Shown here one piece after another: positions 39,042 through 46,421 of a stretch of DNA of 64,000 nucleotides; within the stretch, counting starts at the first letter, position 1, and the number at the start of each line of letters is the position of its first letter. A program made the position numbers and the translations under genes. Where the stretch lies: positions 104,949-168,948 of IMG/VR virus record IMGVR_UViG_3300049218_000295; one strand, 5' to 3'. The notes beneath the pieces were generated by a model. It saw nothing but the letters and a program-made list of their open reading frames with translations. It was not told the origin of the DNA and ran no database searches. This DNA is from a virus.

Positions 39042-39094
39042 AACTACCTCCTTGTACTTCTAAAGATGGTTATGATTAGGCCATTTGTCAAGTA

Positions 39095-39169
39095 TGGAGC
39101 CTCGTGCTGGAATCGGACCAGCCGAAACGGTTTTGCAAACCGCTACCTTAGCCACTTGGTTAACGAGGC
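39095..39169 (-). tRNA. tRNA-Cys(GCA)
   Basis: Loop TTGCAAA, U73, CCA. Confidence 0.9.
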
Positions 39170-39179
39170 GTGTTATTAG

Positions 39180-39253
39180 TGGAGCCCGCGAGGAGAATCG
39201 AACTCCTGACACCACGTTGGAAGCGTGAGATTTTACCACTAAATTACACGGGC
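39180..39253 (-). tRNA. tRNA-Gly(TCC)
   Basis: Loop CTTCCAA, TCCA. Confidence 0.9.
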
Positions 39254-39263
39254 ACCAAACTTG

Positions 39264-39491
39264 TTAAACCTTTTCGAACTTGTCACCCCGCCAGACGTAG
39301 AGACCGTCGGCCACGGCGATGAATTCAGAGTCTGGGCTTCTCCACGTGTTCTCCGTGACCAGAATGGTAAGGAGAGTACCCCGATATTTGTAAATTCGAT
39401 AACCCAAATCCTTATTGACGTCTACCAATTTCTTAGCTTCCTTGTGGTCAGCATCACAGATTTCCACAATCACGCAGTTAAAACGGCTCAT
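39264..39491 (-). CDS. Hypothetical protein
   Basis: AAGGAG SD. Confidence 0.55.
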   Translation of the reverse strand: MSRFNCVIVEICDADHKEAKKLVDVNKDLGYRIYKYRGTLLTILVTENTWRSPDSEFIAVADGLYVWRGDKFEKV

Positions 39492-39567
39492 ACTATTCTC
39501 CCTTGGATATACACCTGCACTATACAGGTGTTCAATTAGCTAGTAATTGATAGTATGAGCTTTTGGC

Positions 39568-39948
39568 TCATTCTGGGAGATGCGGTTCTTCGAGGTCCTG
39601 GGGTTCGCCCATTTCGTCTGCCGGAGGCAGGTGCTCTTCCTCTTCGCCTTCGAGTTCTTCTACATGATGGGAATACTCGTGCGCAATCATCAGGGCTTCT
39701 TTTTGACTAATTCCGTGTTGTACTAGTTTGTCAACCAGTTCACCAATTGAGTTACCAGCAAGAGGTTTAAGTTGCTTGATTAACTCTTCGTCTTTCATTT
39801 CACAGTAAGGCTTCAATTCGCCAAGACCCTTGGTCATGAACTCCTTTACGCATTCCTTCAACTCCTGGATTCCGGAGTTCTCGGCGTAATCGTCGACCAA
39901 AAGGTCAATGAGTTTATCCCGGTCTTCTTTAGCGAGCTTGAATGCCAT
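39568..39948 (-). CDS. Acidic hypothetical protein
   Basis: GAGGGG SD before MAFKLAK. Confidence 0.65.
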   Translation of the reverse strand: MAFKLAKEDRDKLIDLLVDDYAENSGIQELKECVKEFMTKGLGELKPYCEMKDEELIKQLKPLAGNSIGELVDKLVQHGISQKEALMIAHEYSHHVEELEGEEEEHLPPADEMGEPQDLEEPHLPE

Positions 39949-39993
39949 GGTAGTCCCCTCTGTGACAAAATTATAAGATAACACATAGCGAGT

Positions 39994-40068
39994 TGGGGTG
40001 ACCGACCGGTACTGGCCCGGCTTGACCCGATTCACAATCGGGTGCATTACCTTTATGCTACGGCCACC
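39994..40068 (-). tRNA. tRNA-His(GTG) with encoded G-1 and non-canonical T-loop
   Basis: G-1:C73, acceptor GTGGCCG/CGGTCAC, loop TTGTGAA, T-loop GCCAGTA, CCA. Confidence 0.85.
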
Positions 40069-40076
40069 ACAGTAAA

Positions 40077-40325
40077 CTAATTCCTAATTTCCGTAAGAAG
40101 GTACTCGCAAAACCACATCCAGTTTGAAGCGGTCCAGCGAGAGAAATCGAAAAGAACTGCCCCCATTGGGGCTTCCGGCCTCAGCGGTTGGCCAAAATGA
40201 CTCGATGCGTGGTCCCGCATCTTCTGTATAATAGCAGCGTGATGAGCGATTCTATAAACACGAGCTTGGCTTAAGATTTTTTGCCTGTGGTAGGGTATTA
40301 GTTCTGAAAGGGTGACTTCGCTCAC
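40077..40325 (-). CDS. Hypothetical protein
   Basis: Directly downstream of a TTGACA...TGGTATAGC promoter. Confidence 0.5.
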   Translation of the reverse strand: MSEVTLSELIPYHRQKILSQARVYRIAHHAAIIQKMRDHASSHFGQPLRPEAPMGAVLFDFSRWTASNWMWFCEYLLTEIRN

Positions 40326-40355
40326 AGCATGCTATACCATGCGAAGTCACGCCTG

Positions 40356-41027
40356 TCAAATCTTGAATATAGGCGGCTTTCCGGCCACAATATTGGTTGG
40401 TGGGCCGTCGTCGTGGAAATCCTTAGGATCAATCTCGCCGTTGGGACCACGAGGTTTCTTCCCATAGCCTTTCCAACGGGCCTGAATGCACATATCCCGC
40501 TCGGGAAGATACTCGCGAATCCAGTCAAAAGGCACTACTAGCTTCCTATCCCTCAGCCAGCCTTCCAGAACAAAACGGAGGTCAAGGAGAACGTCCGAGC
40601 CGGTATCCGGAACTACTAGATAGCGGTCGAGCATCCCATACTCGTTGAGGATTTCCTGTTGGGCCAGGGAAGGCGGACTATCTTCGATAAGGAGCCATTC
40701 GGTCCCTTCTTTGACGCCACCAGTCACCTGGATGGCTTGTAATTTATGGGCTTCATTTGCTCGGGGGTGCCAATCTTGATAGACAGGCATCATATACCCC
40801 CGCTCGTCTGCCGCTCTGGGCCAATAGTCCATAATGACCGAACCATGAGCATAGATGGACTCAACGACATTTTTTCGGTTTGAGTTATCACTTACCCAGT
40901 AAATGTCAAAGTAGTGCCGCGCCCAGCCGGTGAGAGTGACGACATAAGGGCGAACTTGCCATTCTCCGCCATACTCGGCGTAAACCACGCCATCAAGATC
41001 AATATACAGTCGTGGTTTAGTGCTCAT
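40356..41027 (-). CDS. HAD-superfamily phosphatase (RNA-repair-associated type)
   Basis: LYIDLDGVV motif I; LIED. Confidence 0.65.
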   Translation of the reverse strand: MSTKPRLYIDLDGVVYAEYGGEWQVRPYVVTLTGWARHYFDIYWVSDNSNRKNVVESIYAHGSVIMDYWPRAADERGYMMPVYQDWHPRANEAHKLQAIQVTGGVKEGTEWLLIEDSPPSLAQQEILNEYGMLDRYLVVPDTGSDVLLDLRFVLEGWLRDRKLVVPFDWIREYLPERDMCIQARWKGYGKKPRGPNGEIDPKDFHDDGPPTNIVAGKPPIFKI

Positions 41028-41236
41028 GGTCCCCTCAAGGGTTGCGTTTCGCTAGTCTTTAGTAATTTTTTCGATTTGCTCTGGCGTACAGCCCTTATCC
41101 AGGGCCTTCATCTTGAGAGCGCTCTTTTCATGGGAATCGTAAGCCATCATGGCGTATCCCGCCAACATGATCAGGGCCATCGCTCCCATTACTCCAATTT
41201 CAAATTCGCCTTTGTTATTCATAAGACCTTTTAAAG

Positions 41237-41322
41237 TGGAGCCGAGGGTGAGATTCGAACTCACGTGGGGTTGCCCCTCCGCTTTACAAAAGCGGTGCTA
41301 TCGACCACTAAGCGACCTCGGC
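41237..41322 (-). tRNA. tRNA-Thr(TGT) with a long variable arm
   Basis: Acceptor GCCGAGG/CCTCGGC, loop TTTGTAA, GGGG-CAA-CCCC variable hairpin; 86 nt. Confidence 0.82.
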
Positions 41323-41527
41323 AGCAAGAATTTTTCTGGCTTTCTTTCCTGGTTTGTAGCCTAAATCGGTTTCTGAGAAATCTTCAACAAAAGGACCGCA
41401 AGGTCTATCTGGAAAGAAGCCAACTGCAAAGTAAGTTTCTGGGTCAGCGTAAAACTGCAGAGCCTTACGTAAACGTCGAACTTCTTTTTCCAACTCTTTG
41501 ACTCTGGGGTCTTTCATATTTCACTAA

Positions 41528-41601
41528 TGGAGCCGAGACCGAGAATCGGACTCGGGTTTATAGTTTACGAAACTATTGTTCTGCCACTGAACTATCTCGG
41601 C
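41528..41601 (-). tRNA. tRNA-Thr(CGT)
   Basis: Loop TTCGTAA, TCCA. Confidence 0.88.
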
Positions 41602-41603
41602 GC

Positions 41604-41750
41604 TTAAAGCCGACGGCCTTGAATAACCCGGATGAGAACAACTACCACTGCGACCACAAGTAACAGATGGATAAGACCCCCGGCAACGTGCCCAAGACCT
41701 AAACCTAGAGCCCACATAATCAACAAAACGACGACAATTGTTTCTAACAT
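41604..41750 (-). CDS. lmo0937-family small membrane protein (not in ORF track)
   Basis: MLETIVVVLLIMWALGLGLGHVAGGLIHLLLVVAVVVVLIRVIQGRRL. Confidence 0.8.
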   Translation of the reverse strand: MLETIVVVLLIMWALGLGLGHVAGGLIHLLLVVAVVVVLIRVIQGRRL

Positions 41751-41768
41751 ACCGTGTTTTACAGGTGG

Positions 41769-41984
41769 CTAGTTGGCTGGTCGCGGCAAAACCACATCCA
41801 ATATCTTCTGCCGATATTCTAGTCGAACCCGCTCGCGGTTCATCCAGTCAGAGGCGTCAACATCTGAGGTCTCAATACTTGCCACGCCGCGAATCATGAG
41901 CACCGCGTTCTTGATGGCCTCAAAGTCATCATCGCGAAGGTCCTTTTCTAGCACAACTGTAAAGCCTTTAATCCGGTCAGTCAT
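41769..41984 (-). CDS. Hypothetical phage protein
   Basis: MTDRIKGFTVVLEKD.RDDD. Confidence 0.65.
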   Translation of the reverse strand: MTDRIKGFTVVLEKDLRDDDFEAIKNAVLMIRGVASIETSDVDASDWMNRERVRLEYRQKILDVVLPRPAN

Positions 41985-42162
41985 TTCAGGCACTCCGGTT
42001 TCACCAGTTCGCGGACCGTTTCCGAGACCTGCGACTCGTAGCCAAACTTGTAATGATACCACCGTTGGAGCCGCCAGCCGCCGTAAGCGACGGCAGAAAA
42101 CACACCAACAATAATCAAAAAGGTGGCAGCGGTGCCGAAAATTTCTAGCCGAGTTACTTTAC

Positions 42163-43221
42163 TCACAGTACAACCTGCCTTTCGGTATCGGTTGGCAATT
42201 GTGGGAGGTCGAGATCATCTTCATCGGCGTTGAAGGAAGTGATTTCTTTGTGCTCCGGAAGATGCCCAGATTTGAGTTTGTGGTTCAAGACCTCAATGAT
42301 CATATTATAAATGAGACCATGGTTCATGGTGCTGGCACTCAGCATTTCTTTCATGCGTGAATTGCGGAGTAGACCATGCAAGCCTTCAATTTTGTTTTCA
42401 AACTTACCGAAATCGAAGGTGCCCTTGGTATCAAGGAAGTTGTTAATTACCACATGAGACCAAGCCAGGAAGAAACCCCGGCGATAGGCGGTCGCTTTAT
42501 GATCGTAGTCGCCGAAGATTTCAGCGGTCTGCTTGAGAAAGTTCCGCACTGCGAAGTCGATGAGCAAAATCTGGCGCGGGTCATGGTCTTCTTGCAGGAA
42601 GTTTTTCAGGCGACGTCCAGTAGGTACTGATTCCAAAAAGGCCCCAGAACTTAACTTGCGCGAAATCCAGAGCACCACTGGGCAGTAAGTGCTCAGAGTC
42701 AACCCATTGGCGGTGCTGTTCACCGAAAGTGGGAGAGCCATGTTTTTGCGACCGGTCGTCATTTGCTGTCGAATAAGGTCTGCAATAGGCCCGGTGTAAG
42801 ACTTGGCCAACTCACCGAAAGTGAGCTTTGAAGGCTCCGAGTTGAATTGGTGGAATAGCCGAATTTCTTCATTGAGGTCGATGTTTACATAGAGTTCGAC
42901 CGGTAGCTTATAGTCGAGCACGCCGCTGTCTTTCAAAGCCCAAATGCGCTGTTGACCGTCGATGACGTGGAATTCGCCATCCAGAACGAAGTCATCGGTG
43001 CCGCGCTGGGTTTTGCCAATTAGATTAAGCTTCACGCTGTCGATGGGCAAGCCTTTGCGATAAATGTCGACCAGAGCATTAATCTTTTTCCGCCGTAGAA
43101 TGCGTTCGCGCTGATAAGCGGGAATCCACTCTTCCTTAAAGCCCTGAATAAGCTCCTTGGAATTGATGTACCCAATCATCCGGTCCTTGCCGAAACTCAC
43201 TCCATAGAAATAGTAAAGCAT
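42163..43221 (-). CDS. DGQHR/DndB-like (ParB-fold) protein
   Basis: AYQRE, VIDGQQR, E..LF..FN; AGGAGG SD. Confidence 0.8.
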   Translation of the reverse strand: MLYYFYGVSFGKDRMIGYINSKELIQGFKEEWIPAYQRERILRRKKINALVDIYRKGLPIDSVKLNLIGKTQRGTDDFVLDGEFHVIDGQQRIWALKDSGVLDYKLPVELYVNIDLNEEIRLFHQFNSEPSKLTFGELAKSYTGPIADLIRQQMTTGRKNMALPLSVNSTANGLTLSTYCPVVLWISRKLSSGAFLESVPTGRRLKNFLQEDHDPRQILLIDFAVRNFLKQTAEIFGDYDHKATAYRRGFFLAWSHVVINNFLDTKGTFDFGKFENKIEGLHGLLRNSRMKEMLSASTMNHGLIYNMIIEVLNHKLKSGHLPEHKEITSFNADEDDLDLPQLPTDTERQVVL

Positions 43222-43286
43222 CGCTCACGCCCTCCTGGTATAGCGCATTTTTACAGGAGTTTCTATGAGTGCAGCGCGTTAAGAAA

Positions 43287-43361
43287 TGGCGGGGGTACGG
43301 GGAAATCGAACCCCGAATCGCTGATAGACAATCAGCCGTTATACCATTTAACTATACCCCC
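43287..43361 (-). tRNA. tRNA-Asp(GTC)
   Basis: Loop TTGTCTA, G73, CCA. Confidence 0.9.
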
Positions 43362-43401
43362 AAACTTTTCGATATCATTTTGGTAAAAAGGGAGTACCAA
43401 A

Positions 43402-43824
43402 ATGGTGTGTTCCATCAAAGGTTGCAGTAAGCCGAGTGTGAACAGTGAATTCTGCGAGTATCACTACGCTTGTATTTATTCCACTAAGGGTGCTAAGCGT
43501 GGCGACCGGAAACCAAAAAAGCCAAAACCGGTAGCCATGGTAGTACCGGAGCCAGTTGTTAAAGTTGCTCCGCCGACTAACTCCATCTATTCAAAATTCC
43601 TGCCAGTCAATAGCGTCATCAAGGAAATCCCGAAAATTGGGACCTTTGAAGAAGAGGAATTCGAGGCGAGTCTCGCAAAAGAGAAGAATTCAGCGGCGGG
43701 TCAGGAAATCCGAAATTGCCGAAAATGCGGCAAGGTGATAATTGAACGTTTACGCCATTGCCGGACCTGTGAACCCCACCACAGTAGTTTGTTCCACAGC
43801 GACGGCAATTGGGTCTACTCCTAA
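43402..43824 (+). CDS. Cys-rich zinc-finger protein
   Basis: CSIKGC..CEYH and CRKC..CRTC motifs. Confidence 0.6.
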   Translation: MVCSIKGCSKPSVNSEFCEYHYACIYSTKGAKRGDRKPKKPKPVAMVVPEPVVKVAPPTNSIYSKFLPVNSVIKEIPKIGTFEEEEFEASLAKEKNSAAGQEIRNCRKCGKVIIERLRHCRTCEPHHSSLFHSDGNWVYS

Positions 43825-44009
43825 GAGTAAATTCCTTCTTCAATTCGGCCAAGAACAGCAAGAATGTGCTCGCGGCCATGCTCTGTTTCAAGTAGGTCAA
43901 GCGGCTTTTTGTCGTCAAGTTCAGGGCGTGCGCGGTCCAACCAGCCATAGGCTGTGCGGCTACTACCAAAGATTCGAATAGCTTCGTTGATGACGAATTC
44001 TTTTGTCAT
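43821..44009 (-). CDS. Stand-alone Xre/MbcA/ParS antitoxin toxin-binding domain
   Basis: A.RIFG....A.GWL......L....PLDLL.TE.G...I...LGRIE.GIYS. Confidence 0.85.
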   Translation of the reverse strand: MTKEFVINEAIRIFGSSRTAYGWLDRARPELDDKKPLDLLETEHGREHILAVLGRIEEGIYS

Positions 44010-44010
44010 C

Positions 44011-44208
44011 CTATCCCCGAAACTTCTTAGGTGTAACTGAAGCGCTATTGTCACCCCTAATCTTATAGCTGCCATGTGCAACAATGGCCTTGGGCGATTC
44101 AGTACCACACTTCTCGCAGGGCACCGTTTCGCGGACTGCGCTAATGCGCTGAGTAAGCTCTTCAGTCTCGGCTTCACATTTCGGGCAACGATAGACGGTA
44201 ATTGGCAT
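44011..44208 (-). CDS. FmdB-family zinc ribbon protein
   Basis: MPI..YRC..C ... C..CG. Confidence 0.8.
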   Translation of the reverse strand: MPITVYRCPKCEAETEELTQRISAVRETVPCEKCGTESPKAIVAHGSYKIRGDNSASVTPKKFRG

Positions 44209-44224
44209 ACTATTCAATATAATT

Positions 44225-44299
44225 TGGTGGGGGAGCTTGGGCTTGAACCAAGGTGAGAAGGATTGCTCCAACTGAGTAAGTCTGCTACTCTACTCCCCC
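44225..44299 (-). ncRNA. tRNA-like RNA lacking a canonical anticodon arm
   Basis: Acceptor GGGGGAG/CTCCCCC-ACCA, D stem GAGT/ACTC, T arm CTTGG-TTCAAGC-CCAAG; anticodon region GGA-GCAA-TCC. Confidence 0.7.
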
Positions 44300-44305
44300 A
44301 TAAAT

Positions 44306-44431
44306 GCCACTGTAAGTGAAGAACCCTTTTACGTGCTTTAACCGCTAAGCTACCTGCCGACAAGCGGCAGGGCCAGGATTCGAACCTGGCGTCCCGATCT
44401 CCAAAAGATGAAAGATTCTACGGAGAGTGGC
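44306..44431 (-). ncRNA. Y-RNA/YrlA-like scaffold copy 1, permuted tRNA cargo
   Basis: GCCACT/AGTGGC outer stem, AGAATCT/GGGTTCT stem, TTCATC, then T arm, loop-closed acceptor CCTGCCG/CGGCAGG and D arm. Confidence 0.75.
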
Positions 44432-44463
44432 GAAACAAAATCCTTTTACAGAAAACTGGAGGT

Positions 44464-44523
44464 GCCACTGTAAATCTCGAAGCGGTTTTATCGTTGCAAG
44501 ATGAACGCTTCAAATAGAGTGGC
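44464..44523 (-). ncRNA. Scaffold copy 2 (minimal)
   Basis: GCCACT/AGTGGC, GAAGCG/CGCTTC, TTCATC. Confidence 0.65.
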
Positions 44524-44538
44524 GAATAGAAAATTGTT

Positions 44539-44596
44539 GCTACTGTAGAATCCTAAGCTTGTTTATCCCCAAGATGAAGGCTTAAGAAAGAGTAGC
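44539..44596 (-). ncRNA. Scaffold copy 3 (minimal)
   Basis: GCTACT/AGTAGC (compensatory change), TAAGC/GCTTA, TTCATC. Confidence 0.65.
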
Positions 44597-44613
44597 GAAT
44601 TAAAATTTTATGG

Positions 44614-44817
44614 TCAACTGTTGTTATCTTCAGCGATCTGTTCTAGGTCCTTTTTGTTGAGGGGCTCTTTTGAAAAGATGAAGCCATACATGTCGGAACC
44701 CTCAAAAGTCGGGTCCTCATACACGTGGCCTCCAAAGAACTTTGCGACTGTCTTTAGATCGCCAATCTCTGGTTGTTCTTTCCAATCCCAACTAATTGCT
44801 ACAGTGTCTTTTGCCAT
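44614..44817 (-). CDS. Hypothetical protein
   Basis: AAGGA SD, 67 aa. Confidence 0.6.
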   Translation of the reverse strand: MAKDTVAISWDWKEQPEIGDLKTVAKFFGGHVYEDPTFEGSDMYGFIFSKEPLNKKDLEQIAEDNNS

Positions 44818-44833
44818 ATCCTTTTATAAATTA

Positions 44834-44958
44834 TGGTCGGGGGAGAAGGAGTCGAACCCCCATCTTCGCTCAACTGCTAAGAGCGTGTTCTCATGCACCA
44901 ACTCGGACGATGCGGGCAGTCGCATCTCGCTGTTGCATTACCGTTAAACTATCCCCCG
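44834..44958 (-). ncRNA. tRNA-like RNA with about 50 nt extra in the anticodon domain
   Basis: Acceptor CGGGGGA/TCCCCCG-ACCA, T-loop TTCGACT; hairpins GATGCG/CGCATC and CGCTC/GAGCG. Confidence 0.7.
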
Positions 44959-44964
44959 AAAAAT

Positions 44965-45026
44965 GCCACTGTAGAACCCACGAGCCGGTTTTCATTTAAC
45001 AGATGAAAGCTCGCAGAAAGAGTGGC
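44965..45026 (-). ncRNA. Scaffold copy 4 (minimal)
   Basis: GCCACT/AGTGGC, GCGAGCT/GGCTCGT, TTCATC. Confidence 0.65.
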
Positions 45027-45032
45027 GAAAAG

Positions 45033-45584
45033 TTATTGGATATGGCCGAGCCTTTTGGCCTCAGCCATTACTAAAGCGATGCGTGGGTCATTCCAGTACT
45101 GTTGATAAAGCACAGGCCCAAGCAACCTTTTAATGTTTACGAATTCTTGTTCAAAGGAATGCGACTGAGCATTGAAGAACCAACCAATTTTAGAAACATT
45201 TAGTTGACCGGCTAGAAACTTAAAGCCATTTATAGTGGGTCGATACTTGCCCAGTTTAGCGACTTTCAAAGGCACTTGTGGTTCAACTAATTCCCAGTGA
45301 TTCAATTGGGCGAAGGTGGTTCCGGCGGTATCTTTACGGCGTTTGGCTATGCACATGTTTGCTGGAATAAACTGCGCAGGAGTTTGTTGATTTTGCACTA
45401 CAATAAATAGGCCTTCCGCCATGGCTTTCGTAAATCGGTGCGGGTATAGACCTTCATCTCTGCCGGTACTGGAAATCACACGTTTATGACTAAGGATATT
45501 GGCTCTCTGCTCTAAAACCACATCTTTGTATAGTCTATGCCCGTTCATCTGAATGTCCAAATCGGAAAGTGTATGGTCTATCAT
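45033..45584 (-). CDS. Hypothetical protein
   Basis: 183 aa, GGGAG SD. Confidence 0.65.
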   Translation of the reverse strand: MIDHTLSDLDIQMNGHRLYKDVVLEQRANILSHKRVISSTGRDEGLYPHRFTKAMAEGLFIVVQNQQTPAQFIPANMCIAKRRKDTAGTTFAQLNHWELVEPQVPLKVAKLGKYRPTINGFKFLAGQLNVSKIGWFFNAQSHSFEQEFVNIKRLLGPVLYQQYWNDPRIALVMAEAKRLGHIQ

Positions 45585-45703
45585 CTTGGTTCTCCCAAAT
45601 GTCTTTTATAGCATATAATACCCAAATCGACTTCTTACAACCACCACATGAACATGAGGCCTTTTCCTGCCATCAGAGGACAACATTGACATTACACCTT
45701 TTA

Positions 45704-45802
45704 TGGAGCACTCAGTCTAGCTGGCTGGATTCGAACCAGCGCTCCCTTCGTCCCAAACGAAGTGCGATACCAGACTTCGCCACAGCTAGACTCAGTGCTC
45801 CA
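45704..45802 (-). tRNA. tRNA-Pro(TGG) (core 45716-45789) with extended acceptor helix
   Basis: C1:G72, A73, loop TTTGGGA. No CCA at 74-76; flanks pair over 13 positions (one mismatch) and end in CCA. Confidence 0.85.
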
Positions 45803-45807
45803 GAAAA

Positions 45808-45980
45808 TGGTTCCCGTGGAAATGTTGTGACCCTCGGGACAGGTTGTGAGCCTCCCAGTTAACTAGCCATTCGGGACTTTCAGAGGACTTCTCAGTCAGG
45901 TTTCCCTGCATTGCCCCTTACGATCTTGTTCCGAACCCCCTAGTTCAGTTCACTACCGTTTAAAAATCACGGCGGTCACG
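45808..45980 (-). ncRNA. Structured RNA candidate
   Basis: GTGACC/GGTCAC, AACTAG/CTAGTT, TTCGG/CCGAA, CAGG-GAAA-CCTG; ACCA at 3' end. Confidence 0.5.
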
Positions 45981-45986
45981 AAGTTT

Positions 45987-46102
45987 GCTACTATAATCTC
46001 AAAACCCAGACCTTGCGGTTTTCATGGGTGCGGAATCGAACCGCCCCGGCCTCTGCCGGTGCCGCCAATAGGCCCCGTGATGAAGGGTTTCAAAAGAGTA
46101 GC
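45987..46102 (-). ncRNA. Scaffold copy 5, non-permuted tRNA-like cargo
   Basis: GCTACT/AGTAGC, AAACCC/GGGTTT, TTCATC; D-like hairpin, CCGGC/GCCGG hairpin, T arm GCGG-TTCGATT-CCGC. Confidence 0.7.
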
Positions 46103-46112
46103 GAATTGGCTT

Positions 46113-46337
46113 TTATAGCTTCAATCGTTTATGGACCTCGTCCCAGTAGACTCGTCCATGAACTTCGACTACAGCCTCTTCTAGGCGTGAGAGAATTGTC
46201 TTCTCTTTCCATCCCGACTTGAGGCCTTCCTTCACAAACTCGCCGTAAGCGACGACGTAGCCCTGTGAGTGTAAAGTGTCCAACAGAACAGCTAATGGTA
46301 AGCCATGTGTGTCGTAGAGCTTAAAGAGCCCTGACAC
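46113..46337 (-). CDS. Stand-alone AlaRS-like helical fragment
   Basis: SGLFKLYDTHGLPL resembles the AlaRS motif FKLYDTYGFP; the SD-linked ATG at 46390 is out of frame. Confidence 0.6.
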   Translation of the reverse strand: MSGLFKLYDTHGLPLAVLLDTLHSQGYVVAYGEFVKEGLKSGWKEKTILSRLEEAVVEVHGRVYWDEVHKRLKL

Positions 46338-46421
46338 TACCGGTCGCTGATCCTCGGTGATCCCGATTTGATTTAATAACTTGCCCCCATATGAGTACCC
46401 TCCTTAAAGATACTGTTGTTT

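Noticed and set aside
41237-41322. tRNA-Tyr(GTA) call for the long-armed tRNA
   Set aside because: The 5-bp stem CCGCT/AGCGG fixes the loop as TTTGTAA (anticodon TGT), and the acceptor matches the other two Thr tRNAs.
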